A DNA stretch of 64,000 nucleotides, taken from the human T2T-CHM13v2.0 reference genome, Homo sapiens. Below, piece by piece: positions 14,721 through 28,230 of the stretch. Each line of letters opens with the position of its first letter. Positions within the stretch are counted from its first letter, which is position 1. A program made the translations under genes and the position numbers. The DNA is taken from assembly GCF_009914755.1 (NCBI RefSeq), contig NC_060933.1. One strand, 5' to 3'. The notes below the pieces were generated by a model, which saw nothing but the letters and a program-made list of their open reading frames with translations, was not told where the DNA came from and ran no database searches.

Positions 14721-17699
14721 TCCATTCCATTCCATTCCATTCCATTCCATTACAATCGAGTTGATTCCATTCCATTCCATTCCATTCCATTCCATTCCAT
14801 TCCATTCCTTTCCATTCCATTCCACTCGTGTTGATTCCATTCTATTAGTTTCCATTCCATTCCATTCCCTTCCATTCCACTCTGGTTGATTCCATTCCTT
14901 TCCATTCCACTCGTATACATTCCCTCCTATTCCACTCGGAACAATTCCATTCCATTCCATTCCATTCCATTCCATTCCACTCGTGTTGATTCCATTCCTT
15001 TCCATTCCATTCGGTTTGAAGCCATTCCATTCCATTCAATTCCATTCCCATCCATTCCGTTCCATTCCATTTCATTCCATTGTACTCGGGTTGATTCCAT
15101 TCCATTGCATTCCATTCCATTCCATTCAATTCCATTCCTTTCCATTCCATTCCATTACATTCGGATTGATTCTATTCTACTCCCTTACTCTCAATTACAT
15201 TCCATTCCATTCGGATTGATTCTATTCAACTCCCTTACTCTCCATTACATTACATTCCATTCGGGTTGTTCCATTCCATTCCATTCCATTCCACTCCATT
15301 CCATTGCACTCGGGTTGATTCCATTCCATTCCATTCCATTCCATTCCATTCCGGATGATTCCATTCCATTGCATTCCATTCCATTCCATTCCCCTGCACT
15401 CGGGTTGATTACATTCCATTCCCTTCCCTTCCATTCCTTTCCATTCCATTCCATTCCATTCTATTCTGGTGAATTCCATTCCATTCCATTCCATTCCATT
15501 CCATTCCATTCCATTCCATTCCATTACAGACGAGTTGATTCCATTCCATTCCATTCCATTCCGTTCTGGATGATTCCATTCCATTGCATTCCATCCCATT
15601 CCATTCCATTCCATTCCATTCCATTCCGTTCCATTCCATTCCATTACATTCGGATTGATTCTATTCAACTCCCTTACTCTCCATTACATTACATTCCATT
15701 CGGGTTGTTCCATTCCATTCCATTCCATTCCACTCCATTCCATTGCACTCAGGTTGATTCCATTCCATTCCATTCCATTCCATTCCGGATGATTCCATTC
15801 CATTGCATTCAGTTCCATTACATTCCCCTGCATTCTGGTTGATTCCATTCCATTCTATTCCATTCCATTCGATTCCATTCCATTACCCTGCACTCGCGTT
15901 GATTCCATTCCATGCCATTCCATTCCATTCCATTCCATTCCTTTCCATTCCATTGCATTCCATTCCATTCCATTCCGTTCCGTTCCATTCCATTCCATTC
16001 CATTCTATTCGGGTTAATTCCATTCCATTCCATTCGATTGCAATCGAGTTGATTCCATTCCATTCCATTCCATTCCATTCCATTCCATTCCATTCCATTC
16101 CATTCCATTCCTTTCCATCCCATTACGGATATTTCCATTCCATTGCATTCCATTCCATTCCATTCCCCTGTACTCGGGTTGTTTCCATTCCTTTCCATTC
16201 CAATCCATGCCATTCCACTCGTGTTGATTCCATTCTTTCCATTCCATTCAAGTTGAATCCATTCCATTACATTCCATTGCATTCCATTCCATTCCATTAC
16301 GTTCCATTCCATTCCATTCCATTCTATTCGGGTTAATTCCATTCCATTCCATTCCAATCGAGTTGATTCCATTCCATTCCATTCCATTCCATTCCACTCC
16401 ATTCCAGTCCTTTCCATTCCATTCCACTCTGGTTGATTCCATTCTATTCCTTTCTGTTCCATTCCATTCCATTGCAATCGAGTTGATTCCATTGCATTGC
16501 ATTCCATTCCATTCCATTCCATTCCGGATGATTCCATTCCATTGCATTCCATTCCATTCCATTCCCCTACACTCGGGTTGATTCCATTCCATTCCACTCC
16601 ATTCCGTTCCATTCCATTCCATTCCATTGTATTCCGGTTAATTCCATTCCATTCCATTCCATTCCATTCCATTCCATTACAATCGAGTTGATTCCATTCC
16701 ATTCCATTCCATTCCATTCCACTCCATTCCATTCCTTTCCATCCCTTTCCACTCGGGTACATTCCATTCTATTAGTTTCCATTCCATTCCATTCCCTTCC
16801 ATTCCACTCTGGTTGATTCCATTCCTTTCCATTCCACTCGAATACATTCCCTCCTATTGCACTCGGAACGATTCCATTCCATTCCATTCCATTCCATTCC
16901 ATTCCATTGCATTTCGTTCCATTCCATTCTATTCCGTACCATTCCATTCCATTCCATTCCATTCCATTCCATTCCATTCCATTCCACTCGTGTTGATTCC
17001 ATTCCTTTCCATTCCATTCGGTTTGAAGACATTCCATTCCATTCAATTCCATTCCATTCCATTCCATTCCATTCCATTCCATTCCATTCCATTCCATTCC
17101 ATTGTACTCGGGTTGATTCCATTCCATTGCATTCCATTCCATTCCATTCAATTCCATTCCGTTCCATTCCATTCCATTACATTCGGATTCATTCTATTCA
17201 ACTCCCTTACTCTGAATTACATTTCATTCCATTCGGATTAATTCTATTCAACTCCCTTACACTCCATTACATTCCATTCCATTCGGGTTGTTCCATTCCA
17301 TTCCATTCCATTCCACTCCATTCCATTGCACTCGGGTTGATTCCATTCCATTCCATTCCATTCCATTCCATTCGATTCCATTCCATTCCAAGTCGTTCCA
17401 TTCCATTCTATTCCGTACCATTCCATTCCATTCCATACCATTCCATTCCATTCCATTCCATTCCATTCCATTCCATTCCATTGCATTCCGTTCCATTCCG
17501 TTCCATTCCATTCCATTCCATTCTATTAGGGTTAATTCCATTCCATTCCATTCCATTCCATTCTATTCCATTCCATTGCAATCGAGTTGAATCCATTGCA
17601 TTCCATTCCATTCCATTCCATTCCATTCCATTCCGTTCCATTCCATTCCATTCCGGAAGATTCCATTCCATTGCATTCCATTCCATTCCATTCCCCTGC

Positions 17700-20660
17700 A
17701 CTCTCGTTGATTCCATTCCATTCCATTCCATTCCATTCCATTCCATTCCGTTCCGTTCTGTTCCGTTCCATTCCATTCCATTCCATTCCGTTCCGTTCCG
17801 TTCCATTGCATTCCATTCCATTCTATTCGGGTTAATTCCATTCCATTCCATTCGATTGCAATCGAGTTCATTCCATTCCATTCCATTCCATTCCATTCCT
17901 TTCCATTCCGTTACTGATGATTCCATTCCATTGCATTCCATTCCATTCCATTCTCCTGTACTCGGGTTGATTCCATTCCATTCCATTCCAATCCATGCCA
18001 TTCTACTCGTGTTGATTCCATTCTTTCCATTCCATTCAACTTGAATCCATGCCATTGCATTCCATTCCATTCGATTCCATTCGATTGCACTCGGGTTGAT
18101 TCCATTCCATTGCATTCCATTCCATTCCATTCCATTCCGTTCCATTCCATTCCATTCCATTCGGATTGATTCTATTCAATTCCCTTACACTTCATTACAT
18201 TCCATTCCATTCCGGTAGTTTCCATTCCATTCCATTCCATTCCTATGCATTCCATTGCACTCGGGTTGATTCCATTCCATTCCATTCCATTCTATTCCAT
18301 TCCATTCCATTCCATTGTACTCGGGTTGATTCCATTCCATTGAATTCCATTACATTCCATTCCGTTCCATTCCATTCCATTACATTCGGGTTGATTCTAT
18401 TCAACTCCCTTACTCTCCACTACATTCCATTCCATTCGTGTTGTTCCATTCCATTCCATTCCATTCCACTCCATTCCATTGCACTCGGGTTGATTCCATT
18501 CCATTCCATTCCATTCCATTCCATTCCATTCCATTCCGTATGATTCCATTCCATTGCATTCCGTTCCATTACATTCCCCTGCACTCGGGTTGATTCCATT
18601 CCATTCCATTCCATTCCATACCATTCCATTCGATTCCATTCCATTCCAATTCTTTCCATTCCATTCTATTCCGTACCATTCCATTCCATTCCATACAATT
18701 CCATTCCATTCCATTCCATTCCGTTGCGTTCCGTTCCGTTCCGTTCCGTTCCGTTCCATTCCATTCCATTCCATTCTATTCGGGTTAATACCATTCCATT
18801 CCATTCCATTCCATTCTATTCCATTCCATTGCAATCGAGTTGAATCCATTGCATTCCATTGCATTCCATTCCATTCCATTCCGGAAGATTCCATTCCATT
18901 GCATTCCATTCCATTCCATTCCCCTGCCGTCGCGTTGATTCCATTCCATTCCATTCCATTCCATTCCATTCCTTTCCGTTCCATTCCATTCCATTCCATT
19001 CCATTCCATTCCGTTCCGTTCCATTCCATTCCATTCCATTCTATTCGGGTTAATTCCATTCCATTCCATTCGATTACAATCTAGTTGATTCCATTCCATT
19101 CCATTCCATTCCATTCCATTGCATTCCTTTCCATTCCATTCCCCTGCACTCGCGTTGATTCCATTCCATTCCATTGCATTCCATTCCATTCCATTCCATT
19201 CCGTTCCGTTCCGTTCCGTTCAGTTCCATTCCATTCCATTCCGTTCCGTTCCGTTCCGTTCCATTCCATTCCATTCCATTCTATTCGGGTTAATTCCATT
19301 CCATTCCATTCGATTGCAATCGAGTTCATTCCATTCCCTTCCATTCCATTCCATTCCTTTCCATTCCGTTACTGATGATTCCATTCCATTGCATTCCATT
19401 CCATTCCATTCTCCTATACTCGGGTTGATTCCATTCCATTCCATTCCAATCCATGCCATTCCACTCGTGTTGATTCCATTCTTTCCATTCCATTCAAGTT
19501 GAATCCATGCCATTGCATTCCATTCCATTCGATTCCATTCGATTGCACTCGGGTTGATTCCATTCCATTGCATTCCATTCCATTCCATTCCATTCCATTC
19601 CGTTCCATTCCATTCCATTACATTCGGATTGATTCTATTCAATTCCCTTACAGTTCATTACATTCCATTCCATTCCGGTAGTTTCCATTCCATTCCATTC
19701 CATTCCTATGCATTCCATTGCACTCGGGTTGATTCCATTCCATTCCATTCCATTCTATTCCATTCCATTCCATTCCATTGTACTCGGGTTGATTCCATTC
19801 CATTGCATTCCATTCCATTCCATTCCGTTCCATTCCATTCCATTACATTCGGGTTGATTCTATTCAACTCCCTTACTCTCCACTACATTCCATTCCATTC
19901 GTGTTGTTCCAATCCATTCCATTCCATTCCACTCCATTCCATTGCACTCGGGTTGATTCCATTCCATTCCATTCCATTCCATTCCATTCCATTCCATTCC
20001 GTATGATTCCATTCCATTGCATTCCGTTCCATTACATTCCCCTGCACTCGGGTTGATTCCATTCCATTCCATTCCATTCCATACCATTCCATTCGATTTC
20101 ATTACATTCCAATTCTTTCCATTCCATTCTATTCCGTACCATTCCATTCCATTCCATACAATTCCATTCCATTCCATTCCATTCCATTCCGTTCCGTTCC
20201 GTTCCGTTCCGTTCCGTACCATTCCATTCCATTCCATTCCATTCTATTCGGGTTAATTCCATTCCATTCCATTCCATTCCATTCCATTCCATTCTATTCC
20301 ATTCCATTGCAATCGAGTTGAATCCATTGCATTCCATTGCATTCCATTCCATTCCATTCCGGAAGATTCCATTCCATTGCATTCCATTCCATTCCATTCC
20401 CCTGCCGTCGCGTTGATTCCATTCCATTCCATTCCATTCCATTCCATTCCATTCCATTCCTTTCCGTTCCATTCCATTCCATTCCATTCCATTCCATTCC
20501 GTTCCGTTCCATTCCATTCCATTCCATTCTATTCGGGTTAATTCCATTCCATTCCATTCGATTACAATCGAGTTGATTCCATTCCATTCCATTCCATTCC
20601 TTTCCATTCCATTCCATTCCATTCCATTCCATTCCTTTCCATTCCATTCCCCTGCACTCG
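17700..20660 (+). repeat. Tandem duplication, unit ~1.46 kb
   Basis: Seen: cgagttcatt (17863/19321), gttactgatg (17910/19368), ccggtagttt..cctatgcatt (18212/19675), cctgccgtcgcg (18922/20401). ORF pairs offset 1463. Confidence 0.9.
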
Positions 20661-21294
20661 CGTTGATTCCATTCCATTCCATTGCATTCCATTCCATTCC
20701 ATTCCATTCGGGATGATTCCATTCCATTGCATTCCATTCCATTCCATTCCCCTGCACTCGGGTTGATTCCATTCCTTTCCACTCCATTCCTTCCGTTGCA
20801 TTCCATTCCATTCCATTCCTTTCTATTCGTGTTAATTCCATTCCATTATATTCCATTGCATTCCACTGAAATCGAGTTGATTCCATTCCATTCCATTCCA
20901 TTCCATTCCATTCCTTTCCGGATGATTCCATTCCATTGCATTCCATTCAATTCCATTCCCCTGCACTCCGGTTGATTCCATTCCATTCCATTCCATTCCA
21001 TTCCATTCCATTCCATTCCTTTCCGTTCCATTCCGTTCCATTCCATTCCATTCCTTTCTATTCGGGTTAATTCCATTCCATTCCATTCCATTCCATTCCA
21101 TTCCATTCCATTCCATTCCATTCCATTCCATTGCAATCGAGTTGATTCCATTCCATTGCATTCCATTCCATTCCATTCCATTCCAATCGATTTGATTCCA
21201 TTCCATTCCATTCCATTCCAGTCCATTCCAGTCCTTTCCATTCCATTCCACTCGGGTTGATTCCATTCTATTACTTTCCATTCCATTCCATTCC

Positions 21295-24200
21295 ATTCGA
21301 ATCCATTCCATTGCACTCGGTTTGATTCCATTCCATTCCATTCCATTCCATTTCATTCCATTCCATTCCATTACATTCGGACTGATTCTATTCAATTCCC
21401 TTACACTCCATTACATTCCATTCCATTCGGGATGTTTCCATTCCATTCCATTCCATTCCACTCCATTCCATTGCACTCGGGTTGATTGCATTCCATTCCA
21501 TTCCATTCCATTCCGGATGATTCCATTCCATTGCATTCCATTGCATTCCGTTCCCCTGCACTCGGGTTGATTACATTCCATTCCATTCCCTTCCATTCCC
21601 TTCCATTCCATTCCATTCCATTGCAATCGAGTTGATTCCATTCCATTCCATTCCATTCCATTCCATTCCACTCCATTCCATTGCATTCCATTCCATTCCA
21701 TTCCATTCCGTCTGATTGCATTCCATTGCATTCCATTCCATTCCATTCCCCTGCACTCGGGTTGATTCCATTCCATTTCATTCCATTACATTCCGTTCCA
21801 TTCCATTCCATTCCATTCTATTCAGGTTAATTCCATTCCATTCCATTCCATTCCATTCCATACCATTCCATTGCAATCGAGTTGATTCCATTCCATTCCA
21901 TTCCATTCCATTCCATTACAATCGATTTGATTCCATTCCATTCCATTCCATTCCATTCCATTCCATTCCGGATGATTCCATTCCATTGCATTCCGTTCCA
22001 TTACATTCCCCTGCACTCGCGTTGATTCCATTCCATTCCATTCCATTCCATTCAATTCCATTCCATTACAATTCGTTCCATTCCATTCTATTGCGTACCA
22101 TTCCATTCCATTCCATAGCATTCCATTCCATTCCATTCCATTCCATTCCGTTCCATTCCGTTCCATTCCATTCCATTCAATTCTATTCGGATTAATTCCA
22201 TTCCATTCCATTCCGTTCCATACTATTCCATTCCATTGCAATCGAGTTGAATCCATTGCATTTCATTCCATTCCATTCCGTTCCATTCCATTCCGGAAGA
22301 TTCCATTCCATTGCATTGCATTCCATTCCATTCCCCTGCACTCCCGTTGATTCCATTCCATTCCATTCCATTCCATTCCATTCCGTTCCTTTCCATTCCA
22401 TTCCATTCCATTCCATTCCATTCCGTTCTCTTCCATTCCATTCCATTCCATTCTATTCGGGTTAATTCCATTCCATTCCATTCGATTGTAATCGAGTTGA
22501 TTCCATTTCATTCCATTCCACTCCATCCCAGTCCTTTCCATTCCATTCCACTCGGGTTGATTCCATTTTATTCCTTTCCATTCCCTTCCATTCCATTGCA
22601 ATCGAGATGATTCCATTCGAGTTGAATCCATTCCATTCCATTCCATTCCATTCAATTGCACACGGGTTCATTCCATTCCATTCCATTCCATTCCATTCCA
22701 TTCCATTCCATTTCATTCCATTCCATTTCATTCCATTCCATTCTATTCCGTACCTTTCCATTCCATCCCATTCCATTCCATTCCATTCCATGCAATTACA
22801 CTCGGGTTGATTCCATTCCTTTCCATTCCATTCTTGTTGATTCCATTCCATTCCATTCCATTCCATTCGAATCCATTCCATTGCACTCGGTTTGATTCCA
22901 TTCCATTCCATTCCATTGCATTCAGACTGATTCTATTCAATTCCCTTACACTCCATTACATTCCATTCCATTCGGGATGTTTCCATTCCATTCCATTCCA
23001 TACCATTCCATTGCATCGGGTTGATTCCATTCCATTCCGTTCCATTCCATTCCATTCCATGCCATTCCGTTCCATTCCATTCCATTCCATTCTATTCGGG
23101 TTAATTCCATTCCATTCCATTCCATTGCATTCAAATTCCATTCCACTCCATTCCAATCGAGTTGATTCCATTCCATTCCATTCCATACCATTCCATTCCA
23201 TTCCATTCCATTCTATTCGGGTTAATTCCATTCCATTCCATTTCATTCCATTCCATTCCATTCTATTCCATTCCATTGCAATCGAGTTGAATCCATTGCA
23301 TTCCATTCCATTCCATTCCATTCCATTCCATTCCATTACGGATGATTCCATTCCATTGCATTCCATTCCATTCCATTCCCGTGTACTCGGGTTGATTCCA
23401 TTCCATTCCATTCCAATCCATGCCCTTCCACTCGTGTTGATTCCATTCTTTCCATTCCATTCAAGTTGAATCTATTCCATTGCATTCCATTCCATTCGAA
23501 TCCATTCCATTGCACTCGGTTTGATTCCATTCCATTCCATTCCATTCCATTTGATTCCATTCCATTCCATTACATTCGGACTGATTCTATTCAATTCCCT
23601 TACACTCCATTACATTCCATTCCATTCGGGATGTTTCCATTCCATTCCATTCCATTCCACTCCATTCCATTGCACTCGGGTTGATTGCATTCCATTCCAT
23701 TCCATTCCATTCCGGATGATTCCATTCCATTGCATTCCATTGCATTCCGTTCCCCTGCACTCGGGTTGATTACATTCCATTCCATTCCCTTCCATTCCCT
23801 TCCATTCCATTCCATTCCATTGCAATCGAGTTGATTCCATTCCATTCCATTCCATTCCATTCCATTCCATTCCATTGCATTCCATTCCATTCCATTCCAT
23901 TCCGTCTGATTGCATTCCATTGCATTCCATTCCATTCCATTCCCCTGCACTCGGGTTGATTCCATTCCATTTCATTCCATTACATTCCGTTCCATTCCAT
24001 TCCATTCCATTCTATTCAGGTTAATTCCATTCCATTCCATTCCATTCCATTCCATTCCATTCCATTGCAATCGAGTTGATTCCATTCCATTCCATTCCAT
24101 TACAATCGATTTGATTCCATTCCATTCCATTCCATTCCATTCCATTCCGGATGATTCCATTCCATTGCATTCCATTCCATTACATTCCCCTGCACTCGCG

Positions 24201-25680
24201 TTGATTCCATTCCATTCCATTCAATTCCATTCCATTACAATTCGTTCCATTCCATTCTATTCCGTACCATTCCATTCCATTCCATACCATTCCATAACAT
24301 TCCATTCCATTCCATTCCGTTCCATTCCGTTCCATTCCATTCCATTCAATTCTATTCGGATTAATTCCATTCCATTCCATTCCATTCCATTCTATTCCAT
24401 TCCATTGCAATCGAGTTGAATCCATTGCATTTCATTCCATTCCATTCCGTTCCATTCCATTCCGGAAGATTCCATTCCATTGCATTGCATTCCATTCCAT
24501 TCCCCTGCACTCCCGTTGATTCCATTCCATTCCATTCCATTCCATTCCATTCCATTCCATTCCATTCCATTCCGTTCCTTTCCATTCCATTCCATTCCAT
24601 TCCATTCCATTCCGTTCCGTTCCATTCCATTCCATTCCATTCTATTCGGGTTAATTCCATTCCATTCCATTCGATTGTAATCGAGTTGATTCCATTCCAT
24701 TCCATTCCACTCCATCCCATTCCTTTCCATTCCATTCCACTCGGGTTGATTCCATTTTATTCCTTTCCATTCCATTCCATTCCATTGCAATCGAGATGAT
24801 TCCATTCGAGTTGAATCCATTCCATTCCATTCCATTCCATTCAATTGCACACGGGTTCATTCCATTCCATTCCATTCCATTCCATTCCATTCCATTCCAT
24901 TCCATTTCATTCCATTCCATTTCATTCCATTCCATTCTATTCCGTACCTTTCCATTCCATCCCATTCCATTCCATTCCATTCCATGCCATTACACTCGGG
25001 TTGATTCCATTCCTTTCCATTCCATTCTTATTGATTCCATTCCATTCCATTCCATTCCATTCGAATCCATTCCATTGCACTCGGTTTGATTCCATTCCAT
25101 TCCATTCCATTGCATTCAGACTGATTCTATTCAATTCCCTTACACTCCATTACATTCCATTCCATTCGGGATGTTTCCATTCCATTCCATTCCATACCAT
25201 TCCATTGCATCGGGTTGATTCCATTCCATTCCGTTCCATTCCATTCCATTCCATGCCATTCCGTTCCATTCCATTCCATTCTATTCGGGTTAATTCCATT
25301 CCATTCCATTCCATTGCATTCAAATTCCATTCCACTCCATTCCAATCGAGTTGATTCCATTCCATTCCATTCCATACCATTCCATTCCATTCCATTCCAT
25401 TCTATTCGGGTTAATTCCATTCCATTCCATTTCATTCCATTCCATTCCATTCTATTCCATTCCATTGCAATCGAGTTGATTCCATTGCATTTCATTCCAT
25501 TCCATTCCATTCCATTCCATTCCATTACGGATGATTCCATTCCATTGCATTCCATTCCATTCCATTCCCCTGTAATCGGGTTGATTCCATTCCATTCCAT
25601 TCCAATCCATGCCCTTCCACTCGTGTTGATTCCATTCTTTCCATTCCATTCAAGTTGAATCTATTCCATTGCATTCCATT
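21295..25680 (+). repeat. Head-to-tail tandem duplication, unit ~2.19-2.20 kb
   Basis: Seen: cgaatcc (21298/23497), ccgtctgattgc (21708/23902), cgagatgattccattcgag (22603/24792), caattgcacacgggttc (22653/24842), ttcaaattcc (23130/25319), gaatctatt (23468/25657). Confidence 0.92.
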
Positions 25681-26599
25681 CCATTCGATTCCATTCGATT
25701 GCACTCGGGTTGATTCCATTCCATTGCATTCCATTCCATTCCATTCCATTCCATTCCGTTCCATTCCATTACATTCGGATTGATTCTATTCAATTTCCTT
25801 ACACTCCATTACATTCCATTCCATTCGGGTAGTTTCCATTCCATTCCATTCCATTCCTCTCCATTCCATTGCACTCGGGTTGATTCCATTCCATTGCATT
25901 CCATTCCATTCCATTCAATTCGATTCCGTTCCATTCCATTCCATTACATTCGGATTGATTCTATTCAACTCCCTTACTCTCCATTACATTCCATTCCATT
26001 CGGGTTGTTCCATTCCATTCCATTCCATTCCACTCCATTCCATTGCACTCGGGTTGATTCCATTCCTTTCCATTCCATTCCATTCCACTCCATTCCAGTC
26101 CTTTCCATTCCATTCCACTCGGGTTGATTCCAATGTATTCCTTTCCATTCCATTCCATTCCATTGCAAACGAGTTGATTCCATTGCTTTGCATTCCATTC
26201 CATTCCATTCCATTCCGGATGATTCCATTCCATTGCATTCCATTCCATTCCATTCCCCTGCACTCGCGTTGATTCCATTCCATTCCATTCCATTCCATTC
26301 CGTTCCGTTCCGTTCTGTTCCATTCCATTCCATTCCATTCCGTTCCATTCCATTCCATTCCATTCCATTCTATTTGGGTTAATTCCATTCGATTCCATTC
26401 GATTGCAATCGAGTTGATTCCATTCCATTCCATTCCATTCCATTCCATTCCATTCCATTCCTTTCCATTCCATTACGGATGATTCCATTCCATTGCATTC
26501 CATTCCATGCCATTCCCCTGCACTCGCGTTGATTCCATTCCATTCCATTCCATTCCATTCCATTCCATTCCATTCCATTCCTTTCCGTTCCGTTCCATT

Positions 26600-28230
26600 C
26601 CATTCCATTCCATTCCATTCTATTCCGTTCCGTTCCATTCCATTCCATTCCATTCTATTCGGGTTAATTCCATTCCATTCCATTCGATTGCAATCGTGTT
26701 GATTCCATTCCATTCCATTCAATTCCATTCCTTTCAATTCCATTACGGATGATTCCATTCCATTGCATTCCATTCCATTCCATTCCCCTGTACTCGGGTT
26801 GATTCCATTCCATTGCATTCCAATCCATGCCCTTCCACTCGTGTTGATTCCATTCTTTCCATTCCATTCAAGTTGAATCCATTCCATTGTATTCCATTCC
26901 ATTCGATTCCATTCGATTGCACTTGGGTTGATTCCATTCCATTGCATTCCATTCCATTCCATTCCATTCCATTCCATTCCATTCCGTTCCATTCCATTCC
27001 ATTATATTCGGATTGATTCCATTCAATTCCCTTACACTCCATTACATTACATTCCATTAGGGTAGTTTCCATTCCATTCCATTCCATTCCTCTCCATTCC
27101 ATTGCACTCGGGTTGATTCCATTCCATTGCATTCCATTCCATTCCATTCAATTCCATTCCGTTCCATTCCATTCCATTACATTCGGATTGACTCTATTCA
27201 ACTCCCTTACTCTCCATTACATTCCATTCCATTCGGGTTGTTCCATTCCATTCCATTGCATTCCACTCCATTCCATTGCACTCGGGTTTATTGCATTCCA
27301 TTCAATTCCATTCCATTCCATTCCATTCCATTCCATTCCGGAAGATTCCATTCCATTGCATTCCATTCCATTCCATTCCCCTGCACTCGTGTTGATTCCA
27401 TTCCATTCCATTCCATTCCATTCCATTCCATTCCATTCCGTTCCGTTCCATTCCATTCCATTCCATTCTATTCGGGTTAATTCCATTCCATTCCATTCGA
27501 TTGCAATCGTGTTGATTCCATTCCATTCCATTCCATTCCATTCCATTCCTTTCCATTCCATTACGGATGATTCCATTCCATTGCATTCCATTCCATTCCA
27601 TTCCCCTGTACTCGGGTTGATTCCATTCCATTGCATTCCAATCCATGCCCTTCCACTCGTGTTGATTCCTTTCTTTCCATTCCATTCAAGTTGAATCCAT
27701 TCCATTGTATTCCATTCCATTCGATTCCATTCGATTTCACTCGGGTTGATTCCATTCCATTGCATTCCGCTCCATTCCATTCCATTCCATTCCGTTCCAT
27801 TCCATTCCATTACATTCGGATTGATTCTATTCAATTCCCTTACACTCCATTACATTCCATTCCATTCGGGTAGTTTCCATTCCATTCCATTCCATTCCTC
27901 TCCATTCCATTGCACTCTTGTTGATTCCATTCCATTGCATTCCATTCCATTCCATTCAATTCCATTCCGTTCCATTCCATTCCATTACATTCGGATTGAC
28001 TCTATTCAACTCCCTTACTCTCCATTACATTCCATTCCATTCGGGTTGTTCCATTCCATTCCATTCCATTCCACTCCATTCCATTGCACTCGGGGTTATT
28101 CCATTCCATTCCATTGCATTCCATTCCATTCCATTCCGGAAGATTCCATTCCATTGCATTCCATTCCATTCCATTCCCCTGCACTCGCGTTGGTTCCATT
28201 CCATTCCATTTTATTCCATTCCATTCCCTT
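26600..28230 (+). repeat. Tandem duplication, unit ~0.81 kb
   Basis: Seen: gcaatcgtgttg (26690/27503), gcattccaatccatgccct (~26815/27633), ggattgactctatt (27185/27993). ORF pairs offset 818. Confidence 0.8.
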
